Below are positions 21,406 to 29,579 of a stretch of DNA of 49,523 nucleotides, piece after piece. Position 1 is the first letter of the stretch; every line of letters begins with the position of its first letter. Source of the stretch: Myxococcota bacterium (lineage in GTDB: Bacteria; Myxococcota_A; Polyangia; Polyangiales; Sandaracinaceae). The DNA is taken from the NCBI GenBank assembly GCA_036149055.1, contig JAYZQJ010000260.1:1-49523 (forward strand), read 5' to 3'. Position numbers and translations under genes: made by a program. The notes under the pieces are model-generated. The model ran no database searches, was not told where the DNA came from, and saw nothing but the letters and a program-made list of their open reading frames with translations.

Positions 21406-22299
21406 TCAGGAGGCGTCGAAGCAGATCTCGACGCGGTTGACGATGAGGGCGTTGGACGGGGGGCCGGCTTCGATGCGGAGGAGGGTGCCGGAGTCGCCGG
21501 CGGGGAGCGCGAGGGTCGCGTCGGCGGTGTACCAGCGGTAGGGCGCGACGTTCGAGACGCTCGCGTAGCCGGAGCTGCCCGAGCCGGAGAAGCTCATCCA
21601 CTCGAAGCTGCCGCTCGAGCCGGTCGAGTAGCTGCGGCCGTAGATCGCCAGGGTCGCGCTCCGCACCCGGGAGAGCATCGCGGTGCTCAGCTCCACGTCG
21701 ATGAAGACCGTGCCCGACATCTCGAGGCCGCCCTCGCCGAGGAAGGGATCGCGGAACACCGGCGAGTACCCGATCGAGCGCGAGTAAGCCCCCGCGCGCC
21801 ACCGCGAGGTGTCCGGCAACGTGTTCGCCTCGTACACGACGTAAGCACGCGACCCGGAGCCCGAGCCCGCCCACCGGAAACGAACCGCGTGCGTCCCGAC
21901 CGCCCCCGAGATGCACCCCCCCGTGACCCCCGAGTCGATCCCGGAGTCCACACCCGAGTCGATCCCGGAGTCCACGCCCGAGTCGACGCCCGAGTCGATC
22001 CCGGAGTCGACGCCCGAGTCGATCCCCGAGTCGAGGTCGAACCCGGAGTCGAGGTCGATCCCGGAGTCGAGGTCGATCCCGGAGTCGGCGCCGGACCCCG
22101 AGTCGACGTCGGTCGTCCCGGAGTCGACGCTGCCGTCCCCGACCATGCTCGCGTCGACGGCGGCGCCGGCATCGCTCCCGCCATCGGACATCACCGCGCC
22201 CCCGTCGAGCCCCGAGGCGTCCGCCCCGAGCCCTCCGTCGTCCGGGCGAGGATCTCCGCAGGCGGAGAGGATCAGGGCGGCGACGATCCAGCGCTTCAC
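21406..22299 (-). CDS. Lipoprotein with DSG(I/V) low-complexity stalk and ~170-aa Cys-bounded beta-rich C-terminal domain; cargo of the IR-flanked cassette
   Basis: GTG start, MKRWIVAALILSAC lipobox; (DSGI/DSGV/DSGIDL)n; CISG...EICFDAS; stop codon abuts the left IR. Confidence 0.85.
   Translation of the reverse strand: MKRWIVAALILSACGDPRPDDGGLGADASGLDGGAVMSDGGSDAGAAVDASMVGDGSVDSGTTDVDSGSGADSGIDLDSGIDLDSGFDLDSGIDSGVDSGIDSGVDSGVDSGIDSGVDSGIDSGVTGGCISGAVGTHAVRFRWAGSGSGSRAYVVYEANTLPDTSRWRAGAYSRSIGYSPVFRDPFLGEGGLEMSGTVFIDVELSTAMLSRVRSATLAIYGRSYSTGSSGSFEWMSFSGSGSSGYASVSNVAPYRWYTADATLALPAGDSGTLLRIEAGPPSNALIVNRVEICFDAS
21929..22128 (-). repeat. Coding minisatellite (12- and 18-bp units) encoding DSGI/DSGV/DSGIDL
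   Basis: Repeated GAGTCGATCCC / GAGTCGACGCC / GAGTCGAGGTCGA units. Confidence 0.9.
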
Positions 22300-22340
22300 G
22301 CCCGCAGCATACGACGCGCGCCCCCGTTCTTCCCCGGATC

Positions 22341-22377
22341 GGGAGGGGGGACGGAGTGAACTTGTGAACTTACGTAG
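22341..22377 (-). repeat. Right inverted repeat GGGAGGGGGGACGGAGTGAACTTGTGAACTTACGTAG
   Basis: Reverse complement of 21367-21404. Confidence 0.97.
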
Positions 22378-22402
22378 GTCGATTGCCTACAGAGCGCGTG
22401 AT

Positions 22403-23182
22403 CTACATCATCGCGGCGCGGACCGCGTCGTAGTCGGCGGGGTGGGCGCCGATGAGCTTGTCGCCGCCGAAGAACTCGTCGAGCAGCCGGCTGTCGTCCG
22501 ACTCGTGCAGGCGGAGCAGGGCCTCGCGCACCTCGTCGAGCGAGTCGGCGTCGAGGGCGCTCGACGCGCAGACCACGTCCGGCGGGATCGGCGGGGTCAC
22601 CAGGAGCGCGCGCATGCCGTCGTGGCCGGCGTAGGGCTGCCAGCCGGCGAGCATCAGGGTCTCGCCGTCGTCCAGGGTCTGCGCGTGCGTCGCCCCGCAG
22701 TCGGCGTCGCCGCGCATCACCGCGCGCACCACGCTGCCGTGCGAGCCCTCGAACCTCTGCTCGGCGAAGAGCTCCGCGGGATCGTGCCCGGCCTGCCTCA
22801 GCGCGAGCCGCGGGAAGAGGTGCCCGGCGCAGCTGTCCCGGTCGACCCAGGCCACCCGCTTGCCCGCGAGATCCGCCGGCGTCGTGACCTCGGAGTCGCT
22901 CGGCACGAAGAGCACGCCGCGATACCCGGCGCCGCGCGAGCGCTCGACCGCGCAGAGGAGGCGGACCGGCGAGGCCTGCTCGGCGCGCACGAAGATGGCG
23001 GGCGGGAGCCAGGCGAGCTCGGCGTCTCCGCGGCCCACCATCTCCGCCACCGACGCGTAGGAGCGCGAGGCCACTACCTGCACCGGCTGACCGACCGCCT
23101 CCGCGAGGTGCAGGGCGAGCTTCGTGCGCAGCTCCTCGCCTTCGTCGTCGAGGTGAACGGGCCCGGTCAGAAACCTCAGCAT
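22403..23182 (-). CDS. PhnD-like phosphate/phosphonate-binding-fold protein, orphan, no signal peptide
   Basis: SYASVAEMV..ELAWLPP, YRGVLFV, DLAGKRVAWVDRDSCAGHLFP, GSHGSVVRAV..DCGAT, TPPIPPD, DYDAVR; start MLRFLTG. Confidence 0.85.
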   Translation of the reverse strand: MLRFLTGPVHLDDEGEELRTKLALHLAEAVGQPVQVVASRSYASVAEMVGRGDAELAWLPPAIFVRAEQASPVRLLCAVERSRGAGYRGVLFVPSDSEVTTPADLAGKRVAWVDRDSCAGHLFPRLALRQAGHDPAELFAEQRFEGSHGSVVRAVMRGDADCGATHAQTLDDGETLMLAGWQPYAGHDGMRALLVTPPIPPDVVCASSALDADSLDEVREALLRLHESDDSRLLDEFFGGDKLIGAHPADYDAVRAAMM

Positions 23183-23221
23183 CCTTCGCGATCCTCCCAG
23201 CCTCGTGCGACCTTCTCGCGC

Positions 23222-23710
23222 ATGCAGGACGGTAGCACTCTCGACGGCTCCCTGTTCGGCGAGCCTCAGCCTTGCTTCGGCTGCGCGCCGGCCCATCCGA
23301 CCGGGTTCCGGCTGCGGTTCACCCGTGAGGGTGACGCCGTCACCACGAAGTTCACGCCCACCGAGCACCACCAGGGCCCGCCCGGCATCATGCACGGGGG
23401 CCTGGTGATGGCGCTCGCCGACGAGCTCGGCGCGTGGGCGATCATCGGCCTGCTCGAGCAGTTCGGCTTCACCGCCGACTTCTCCGGCAAGCTCCACTCG
23501 CCGGTGCGGGTGGGCGAGGAGGTCGTCGGCCGCGCGCGCATCGCCAAGCCCGGCACCCGGGTGGTCTCGGTCGAGGTGGAGCTGCAGCAGGGCGACGTGC
23601 TTCGCTACACGAGCGCCCTGCGCTTCGTCATCCTCGACGAGGCAGGGGCCGAGCGCATCCTCGGTCAGCCCCTGCCGGAGGCCTGGCGCCGCTTCGGGCG
23701 CAAGGCCTGA
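23222..23710 (+). CDS. PaaI/hotdog-fold thioesterase
   Basis: CFGC..HPTGFRLRF, HQGPPGIMHGGLVMALADE, SPVRVG. Confidence 0.92.
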   Translation: MQDGSTLDGSLFGEPQPCFGCAPAHPTGFRLRFTREGDAVTTKFTPTEHHQGPPGIMHGGLVMALADELGAWAIIGLLEQFGFTADFSGKLHSPVRVGEEVVGRARIAKPGTRVVSVEVELQQGDVLRYTSALRFVILDEAGAERILGQPLPEAWRRFGRKA

Positions 23711-23713
23711 GGA

Positions 23714-24793
23714 TCACTCGGCGCGCAGCTGGACGCTGCGGGCCGCGGACGCGAAGCGCGGCTGCCAGGTCTCGACGTCGTCGGCGGCGACGCTCGCGGT
23801 GACCAGGAGCGGCGCGCCCTCGTGGAAGACGAGGCCGGCGTAGGTGGCGACCCGGTCGCCGCTCTCGGTGTCCATCAGCGCGAGGCGCTCGCAGCCGGGC
23901 AGGGAGCCGTCGTCGATCACGCCCTCGAGCTCCACGTCGGCGGACGGCGCGGGCACGAGGCGCGCGGCGATCTGCGGGCAGGCGCGCGCGACCTGATCGG
24001 GCGGGACCGCCATCGGCAGCGGCGACACCGTGAGGACCGGCGTGTTCGGCTCGGGCGGGAAGGGCGAGCCCGGCGGGAGGTAGACGACGTTCGCGGTCGA
24101 GCGCCGGCTGAGCTCCATGCCCTCGATCGGGCCGAGCTGGATGCCGAGCGCGGCCGCCGCGTCGATGGTGGCCTCGCGGTCCCACTCGACCGACTCGAGC
24201 GCCTCGCGGATGCCGCCGCGGTAGGCCTCGGCCCGCTCGGCCTCGTACATCGCGATGACGCCGAGGGCGCGCGAGCCGTCGTGGGCCATCAGCCACATGC
24301 GCTCGAGCACGCCGGCCTGGGTCTGCACCCGGTCGCGGCCGATGCGCGCGTCGACGCCGGCGAGGGTCACCTCGTCCTCGGCGTCGGGCTCGGGCGCCTC
24401 GCCGGAGCCGCCGGTCCGCATCGCCTCGAGCAGCTCCTCGCCGCCCTGGGCCACGACCACGCTGAGCTGCACGCGGCTGCGGCGCGAGACGAAGCCACCG
24501 CCGAAGGGCATCGGCTCCGAGCCGAGGGGCGGGCGCAGGGTCACCCCGGTGCCGGGCACCGCGGTCGCCTCGCCGAGCCCGAGGGGCCGCGCGCCGGTGA
24601 GGGCCGCGTCGATCGTCGCGGCGCCGCCGCTCGTCTCGTCGTCGTCTTCGTCTTCGTCGTCGTCGTCCCGCGAGGCGCGGCGCTCCTCCTCTTCGGGCTC
24701 GGCCTCGGCCTCGGCGCGCTCGCCGGGCGGGCGGTAGTGACCGGCGCAGCCCGCGAGGGCGGCGCAGGTGGAGAGGAGCAGGATCGATCGCAT
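23714..24793 (-). CDS. Lipoprotein with acidic linker and two tandem PsbP/DcrB-like alpha-beta domains
   Basis: MRSILLLSTCAALAGC lipobox; EEEERRASRDDDDEDEDDDE tract; two modules ending in ..IREALESVEW and ..FASAARSVQL. Fold call is tentative. Confidence 0.75.
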   Translation of the reverse strand: MRSILLLSTCAALAGCAGHYRPPGERAEAEAEPEEEERRASRDDDDEDEDDDETSGGAATIDAALTGARPLGLGEATAVPGTGVTLRPPLGSEPMPFGGGFVSRRSRVQLSVVVAQGGEELLEAMRTGGSGEAPEPDAEDEVTLAGVDARIGRDRVQTQAGVLERMWLMAHDGSRALGVIAMYEAERAEAYRGGIREALESVEWDREATIDAAAALGIQLGPIEGMELSRRSTANVVYLPPGSPFPPEPNTPVLTVSPLPMAVPPDQVARACPQIAARLVPAPSADVELEGVIDDGSLPGCERLALMDTESGDRVATYAGLVFHEGAPLLVTASVAADDVETWQPRFASAARSVQLRAE

Positions 24794-24955
24794 GGAGGTC
24801 CTTTCGCGCCGGCGCACCGCCGACGGGCTGCGTGTAGCACGCCGGGGCTCAACGAGGGGCGCAGCGGCGTATTCCTGACGCCTTGGGGGGGCAGACCGCC
24901 ACGATCCGCGCAAACCCGCACGCGCCGAGGCGCATCGCAGCGGGGCGCCGCGGGC

Positions 24956-24971
24956 TGGCAGTGAGTTTGCA
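24956..24971 (+). promoter_or_regulatory. Putative sigma54 promoter
   Basis: TGGCAGT-GAGT-TTGCA (near-consensus GG-N10-GC) followed by AGGAGG RBS and ATG at 24995. Confidence 0.78.
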
Positions 24972-24994
24972 CAGAAGCTCCGCCAGGAGGCGGC

Positions 24995-25405
24995 ATGATG
25001 ACAGCTCGGTGGTTGGCGTGTTGGCTGGCGGTCCTCGCCCTGGGCTGCGGTCAGCTGGAGGTCGGGAGCGCGGCGGCGCCGCTCGGGGAGACCGTGCCCG
25101 CGGACCGCACGCCACCGATCTTGGAGTCCACCGACGGAGGCACGCCGACCCTCGAGGCGCGCGCGCGCCGACACGAGGAGCGCAGCGGACCGGCCGAGGG
25201 ACCGGCGTTCGGCGACCGCCCCGCCTTCGAGCCCTGCCGGACCGGGTGCCGCGCGCCTTGCCCGATCGGGACCGTCTGCTGCCGGGCCACCCAGCAGTGC
25301 GTCGACGTGGACTGCCCGAGCTGCTGCTCGGACGATCGCGCCGACCGCATCCGCGAGGCGAGCCCGGGCGCGTGCCGCTACTGCGATCGCGACGCCGGCA
25401 CCTGA
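24995..25405 (+). CDS. Small Cys-rich secreted lipoprotein
   Basis: AGGAGG RBS; WLAVLALGC lipobox; C-terminal CRTGCRAPCPIGTVCCRATQQCVDVDCPSCC..CRYC. Confidence 0.8.
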   Translation: MMTARWLACWLAVLALGCGQLEVGSAAAPLGETVPADRTPPILESTDGGTPTLEARARRHEERSGPAEGPAFGDRPAFEPCRTGCRAPCPIGTVCCRATQQCVDVDCPSCCSDDRADRIREASPGACRYCDRDAGT

Positions 25406-26337
25406 GCGCCGCGCGAGCCGAGCCACCTGACGATGGCCTCGATCCGGCGCGGGCCGAGCGCCGCCGGATAGAGCGCGAGCGCGGCGAGCGAGAACGGCCC
25501 GACCTCCATCGTCAGCTCGATGCCCACGTGCATCGCCGCGCCGAACGCGAGGTAGATCGAGACGAAGTGGACGCGCTCGAGCCGCTCCTTCAGCCGGCGC
25601 AGCCACCGCCGCCGGGGCTCGATCTGCTCGAGCACGATCGCGAAGAAGAGCAGCGGGCCGCCGACCTCGTAGAACCAGGTGAGGGTGGTCGCGACCTGGG
25701 TGACCGGGAAGCTCCAGAGCGGCAGCCCCGGGAAGCGCGCCCAGGTCGGCTGCTGGAGGATGTACCAGAGCGCGTCGGCCGAGCCGCCGGGCACCCAGCT
25801 CGCCGAGAGCTTGGTGATCCCGCTGCCGATGTAGAGCAGCCCCAGCTGGAACACGAGCAGGAAGCGCGCCCACCGCATCGCCGGCCCGCCCTCGCCGCGC
25901 AGCCGGGCGTCGAGGGAGAGCGCCTTGCCGCAGTCGGACAGCATCAGCACGAAGAGCGTGTCGATCAGCAGCGAGTCGTAGGAGCCGTGCGCGCTCGGGT
26001 TGAGGCTCGTGATCGCGCGCAGCGACAGCCACGTCACCGCGAGGCTCGGCCGGGTGAAGAGCCCCAGCGCGGCGCTGGCCCCCGCGATCGCGCAGACCGC
26101 GCACAGGATGCGGAGCGACGCAATCGTGGCGCCGCCCACCGGCTCCAGCCAGCCGTGCGTGTAGCTCAGGCCCCCGTAGTCGGCGTGGAGCAGGGCCGCG
26201 TCCGCGGCTCCGGTCAACACGAAGCGCCCGACGTGGAGCGCGACGGTGCCGGCGCAGATCACCCGGCAGAGCGCGAGCGGGAGCGCGTCCTCTTCCGCCG
26301 TGAGCCAGGCCGTCCAGCGCTGCCAGCGCGTCGTCAT
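25378..26337 (-). CDS. HTTM-domain membrane protein (vitamin K-dependent carboxylase / SdpB-like)
   Basis: LALCRV, ALGLFTRPS, GSYDSLL, ALSLDARL, WARFLLVFQLGLLYIGSGITKL..W, TWFYEVGGPLL, AMHVGIELTMEVGPFS. Confidence 0.88.
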   Translation of the reverse strand: MTTRWQRWTAWLTAEEDALPLALCRVICAGTVALHVGRFVLTGAADAALLHADYGGLSYTHGWLEPVGGATIASLRILCAVCAIAGASAALGLFTRPSLAVTWLSLRAITSLNPSAHGSYDSLLIDTLFVLMLSDCGKALSLDARLRGEGGPAMRWARFLLVFQLGLLYIGSGITKLSASWVPGGSADALWYILQQPTWARFPGLPLWSFPVTQVATTLTWFYEVGGPLLFFAIVLEQIEPRRRWLRRLKERLERVHFVSIYLAFGAAMHVGIELTMEVGPFSLAALALYPAALGPRRIEAIVRWLGSRGAQVPASRSQ

Positions 26338-27032
26338 GGGCTCGGTCGCCTCACGGTGATCGGAAACTCCCAGCGCGGCGGGGGCGGCGTGGGGTGGTCC
26401 GGCGAGTGGCTCGTGCTGCTCTCGAAGCGGCACTGCACCACCCGGGCGTCGGGGAAGTCGTCGAAGGCGAGGTTCGCGATCGCGCGGCAGCCGTGCTCGT
26501 AGCTGCCGCGGAAGGACGACCAGCTCCAGCGCGCGATCATCGAGCGGACGCGCGGGTGGCCCAGCTGCGCGGCGCGCCAGTCGTGCTCCGGGTCGGCGTG
26601 CACGAAGAGCGTCTCCCAGTCGCAGTCGCGCCCCTCGCACCGGCGCGCGCGCACTCCGAACCGGTAGCTCTGCTCGGTCCCGGCGTTGAACATCAGCCAG
26701 CTCTGCCGCAGCCCCGCCGCGCTCAGGTAGGGCTCGAAGGGCGACAGCAGCGTCTCGCGCGTCTTCTGGTAGCCCACGCCGAGCCCGAAGATCGTCTCCT
26801 CGAACGTCTCCCGCTCGACGCCGATCAGGGTGGCCCAGCGATCGAGCTCGCGCCGGGCCCGCGCGTCGGCCCACACGCGCCGGTTCAGCCCGTGCCCGAC
26901 GTTCGGGAGCGCGCCGAGGCAGTTGGCGCAGAGATGGAAGAGCACGAACGCCGCGATGGCGTGTTTCCACCACGCCGACCCTGCGGTCTTCGCCTCCTCC
27001 GGCGCCTTCTTCCTGCGACGACGCTTCGCCAC
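26334..27032 (-). CDS. Membrane-anchored partner of the HTTM protein (SdpA/DUF5819-like)
   Basis: N-terminal TM (AFVLFHL), PYLSAAGLRQSWLMF motif; 4-bp ATGA overlap with the HTTM gene. Confidence 0.7.
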   Translation of the reverse strand: MAKRRRRKKAPEEAKTAGSAWWKHAIAAFVLFHLCANCLGALPNVGHGLNRRVWADARARRELDRWATLIGVERETFEETIFGLGVGYQKTRETLLSPFEPYLSAAGLRQSWLMFNAGTEQSYRFGVRARRCEGRDCDWETLFVHADPEHDWRAAQLGHPRVRSMIARWSWSSFRGSYEHGCRAIANLAFDDFPDARVVQCRFESSTSHSPDHPTPPPPRWEFPITVRRPSP

Positions 27033-27060
27033 CGGCGGACCCTAGCAGCTGCGAGCAGCG

Positions 27061-28503
27061 TCAGGCGGGGGCGTGCGCGCGAGCGAGCTCTCGGAGCTCC
27101 TCGAGGGTCGGCAGCGGGGGGAGGCCGCGGGTGACCGCGCTGCCCGAGGGGCGCCGCTTCGGGGGCTCGCTCTCCCCGCGCTCGAGCGCCTTCAGCCGCG
27201 CCTTCGCGTCGGCGTGGTCCGGGTCGGTCTCCAGCACCTTGGCGAGGCAGCGCTCGGCGCCGCGGGGGAAGCGGGTGGCCACGAAGAGCTCGGCGAGCTG
27301 CAGATAGGTGGGGATCTCGTCGCGGTCCTGCGGCCCCTCCTCGACGAAGCGGCTCAGGAAACGGTCGATGTCGAAGTCGAGGCGGTTCAGCTCGGTGGCG
27401 ACCGGGATCAGCTCGAAGCACGCCTTGCGGTAGGAGCTCCCCTCGGGGTCCTCCTGCAGCAGCTCGGCGAGCGCCTCCTCGGGCTTGCCCATCGCGCGCA
27501 GGCACGCGCCGGCCGGCATGTGGAGGTCGAGCTCGCGGAACCACGCCAGCGCCTGCTCGTAGCGGCCGACGTCGCGCGCGATGCGCGCCGCCGCGCCCTT
27601 CCGGCCGGCCTCGAGGTGCTCCTGGATCGAGCGGTCGATGTCCTCGTCGCCCGCGTCGCGCCAGCCGGCCGCGCGCGAGCCCGAGTACTCCGTCACCTCC
27701 TCGCCGGAGGCGGAGAGCGCGTGTCCGGCGGGCGCCTTCGGCCTCTCGGGATGCGGGGTCTCGGGCGGCGGTGTCCTCGGCGGCGGGCTCTGAGCCGGCG
27801 GGCTCGGAGGAGGCGGCGGGGCGGCCTCCGCGGGCGTCGGCGCGCTCCGGCGCTCGGGCGGGGCGGAGGTCTTCGGGCGCGCGGGCGGCGGGCTCTTGGG
27901 CGGCGGCAGCGGCACGTCCCTCGGCACCGCGGCCGGCTTCGGGGGGTGGACGCTCGCGGTCACGCCGCTCGGGGGCCGGAACGAGCCCGCGGGGGGCCGG
28001 AACGAAGGCGAGCTCGACGCGGCGGGCGGGCGGAACGAGATGCTCGGCGGCGCGACCTTCGGCGGCGCGACCTTCGGCGCCGCGGGCGTCGACGAGCGCG
28101 GAGGCGAGGGCTTCGAGGGGGGCGCGGACGAGCCGGCCGCGCTCGGGAGCCCCAGCGCACGGGGCGACGAATCGGACGGCGCGGCGCCGGAGAGCGCCCG
28201 CTCCAGGGCGTCGGCGCGCCCGCCCTCGCTCGCCTGCCGGAAGAACACCACCGCCTGCTTCACCAGCTCGAGATCGCTCGCCGCGAGCCCGTCCAGCGCG
28301 TCGTCGCTCACCTTCAGGCCGTCCAGGATGGCCTGGCCGGCGTCCTTCAGCCGCCCCTTCGACGCGAGCAGCCGGGCCGCCTCGCTCGGCGCCTTCGCCT
28401 TGAGGTACTCGCGGACCGCGTGGTCGACGTGACCGCGCCCCTCGAGCTCGCGGGCGGTGTCGATCCGGCGCGCGCGGGCGCGCTCCTTCTTGTCGTCGCT
28501 CAC
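27061..28503 (-). CDS. Cytoplasmic helical-repeat (TPR-like) protein with long central Pro/Ser-rich linker
   Basis: GTG start overlapping the pilT-like stop (GTGA); helical N- and C-terminal blocks (YLQLAELF..AERCLAKVLETDPDHADAKARL); PPKVA, SFRPP repeats. Confidence 0.8.
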   Translation of the reverse strand: MSDDKKERARARRIDTARELEGRGHVDHAVREYLKAKAPSEAARLLASKGRLKDAGQAILDGLKVSDDALDGLAASDLELVKQAVVFFRQASEGGRADALERALSGAAPSDSSPRALGLPSAAGSSAPPSKPSPPRSSTPAAPKVAPPKVAPPSISFRPPAASSSPSFRPPAGSFRPPSGVTASVHPPKPAAVPRDVPLPPPKSPPPARPKTSAPPERRSAPTPAEAAPPPPPSPPAQSPPPRTPPPETPHPERPKAPAGHALSASGEEVTEYSGSRAAGWRDAGDEDIDRSIQEHLEAGRKGAAARIARDVGRYEQALAWFRELDLHMPAGACLRAMGKPEEALAELLQEDPEGSSYRKACFELIPVATELNRLDFDIDRFLSRFVEEGPQDRDEIPTYLQLAELFVATRFPRGAERCLAKVLETDPDHADAKARLKALERGESEPPKRRPSGSAVTRGLPPLPTLEELRELARAHAPA

Positions 28504-29579
28504 GCCGCCTCCCCCTTGGCGAGCGACGCGGCGACGCTCTCCGGATCGTTGGCGTGCGACAGCGCCTCCGCCCGGGTCACGCGCCCCTCGCGCACCAGCC
28601 GGACGAGCGACTGCTCCAGGCTCACCATGCCCTGCGACGCCTGCTCGCCGCCGCGCAGGTAGGCGTCGATCTGGTGCACCTTGCGCTCGCGGATCAGGTG
28701 ACTGATCGACACCGACTGGAGCAGGATCTCGGCCGCGACCGCGCGCCCCTGTCCGTCGGCGAGCCGGCACAGCCGCTGCGAGAGCACCCCGCGCAGCAGC
28801 ACCGAGAGGACCTCCCGCACCTGCTCCTGCTGGTCGGCGGGGGCGGCGCCCATCATGCGGTCGAGCGCCTTGGCCGCCGAGCCGGTGTGCAGGGTGGCGA
28901 AGACGAGGATGCCGGCCTCGGCCGCGGTCAGCGCCAGGGAGATGGTCTCGAAGTCGCGCATCTCGCCGACCACGAGCACGTCGGGCGCCTCGCGCAGCGC
29001 CGAGCGGAGGGCCGAGGCGAAGCTCTGCGCGTGCAGGCCGACCTCGCGCTGGGTCACCAGCCCCTGCTTCGGCGGGTGCACGAACTCGATCGGATCCTCG
29101 ACCGTGATCACGTGCCGCCCCGAGGTGCGGTTGATGAGGTCCACCATCGCGGCCAGCGTGGTCGTCTTGCCCGAGCCGGTGGGCCCGGTGATCAGCACCA
29201 GCCCGTTGGCGTGCCGCGTGAACCCGGCGACGGCGGCGGGGACCTCGAGATCCGACAGGTGCGGCAGCCCGTTCGGGATCACGCGGAACACCGCGCTGAG
29301 GCCGCCGCTCTGCTCGCACACGCTGGCGCGGAAGCGGCCGACCTCGTCGAGGTCGTAGGCGAAGTCGACCTGCTGCTCCGCCTCGAGCGTCGCGCGCTGG
29401 CCGGGCGTCAGGATCTCGTCGAGGAACGCCCGCACCTGCGGCGCGCTCAGCACCCGGAAGGGCAGCGTGCTCAGCTCGCCGTGGTGCCGGACCATCGGCA
29501 CCTTGCCGGCGTGGAAGTGCAGATCGCTCGCCTTCTGATCGGCGGCGATGCGCAGGAACGTGTCGAGCCGCGCGCTCAC
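28500..29579 (-). CDS. PilT/PilU-family ATPase paralogue
   Basis: ASDLHF, GRFRASV, Walker A GPTGSGKTT, TVEDPIE, QREVG, ALREAPDVLVVGEMRD, VFATLH, SISHLIRE; GTG start overlaps the upstream stop. Confidence 0.93.
   Translation of the reverse strand: MSARLDTFLRIAADQKASDLHFHAGKVPMVRHHGELSTLPFRVLSAPQVRAFLDEILTPGQRATLEAEQQVDFAYDLDEVGRFRASVCEQSGGLSAVFRVIPNGLPHLSDLEVPAAVAGFTRHANGLVLITGPTGSGKTTTLAAMVDLINRTSGRHVITVEDPIEFVHPPKQGLVTQREVGLHAQSFASALRSALREAPDVLVVGEMRDFETISLALTAAEAGILVFATLHTGSAAKALDRMMGAAPADQQEQVREVLSVLLRGVLSQRLCRLADGQGRAVAAEILLQSVSISHLIRERKVHQIDAYLRGGEQASQGMVSLEQSLVRLVREGRVTRAEALSHANDPESVAASLAKGEAA

Larger units (their letters stand above)
21353..22382. mobile_element. Putative integrated single-gene cassette (non-autonomous): 10-bp direct repeat + 33-bp perfect terminal inverted repeats
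   Basis: CGTAGGTCGA at 21353-21362 and 22373-22382; inverted repeats at 21367-21399 and 22345-22377 enclose exactly one ORF; no recombinase in the window, so mobility is inferred. Confidence 0.6.

Noticed and set aside
21353..22382. Autonomous IS element or rho-independent terminators
   Set aside because: The enclosed ORF is a lipoprotein, not a transposase; the IR halves are about 950 bp apart and lack U-tracts. Kept only as a putative non-autonomous cassette.
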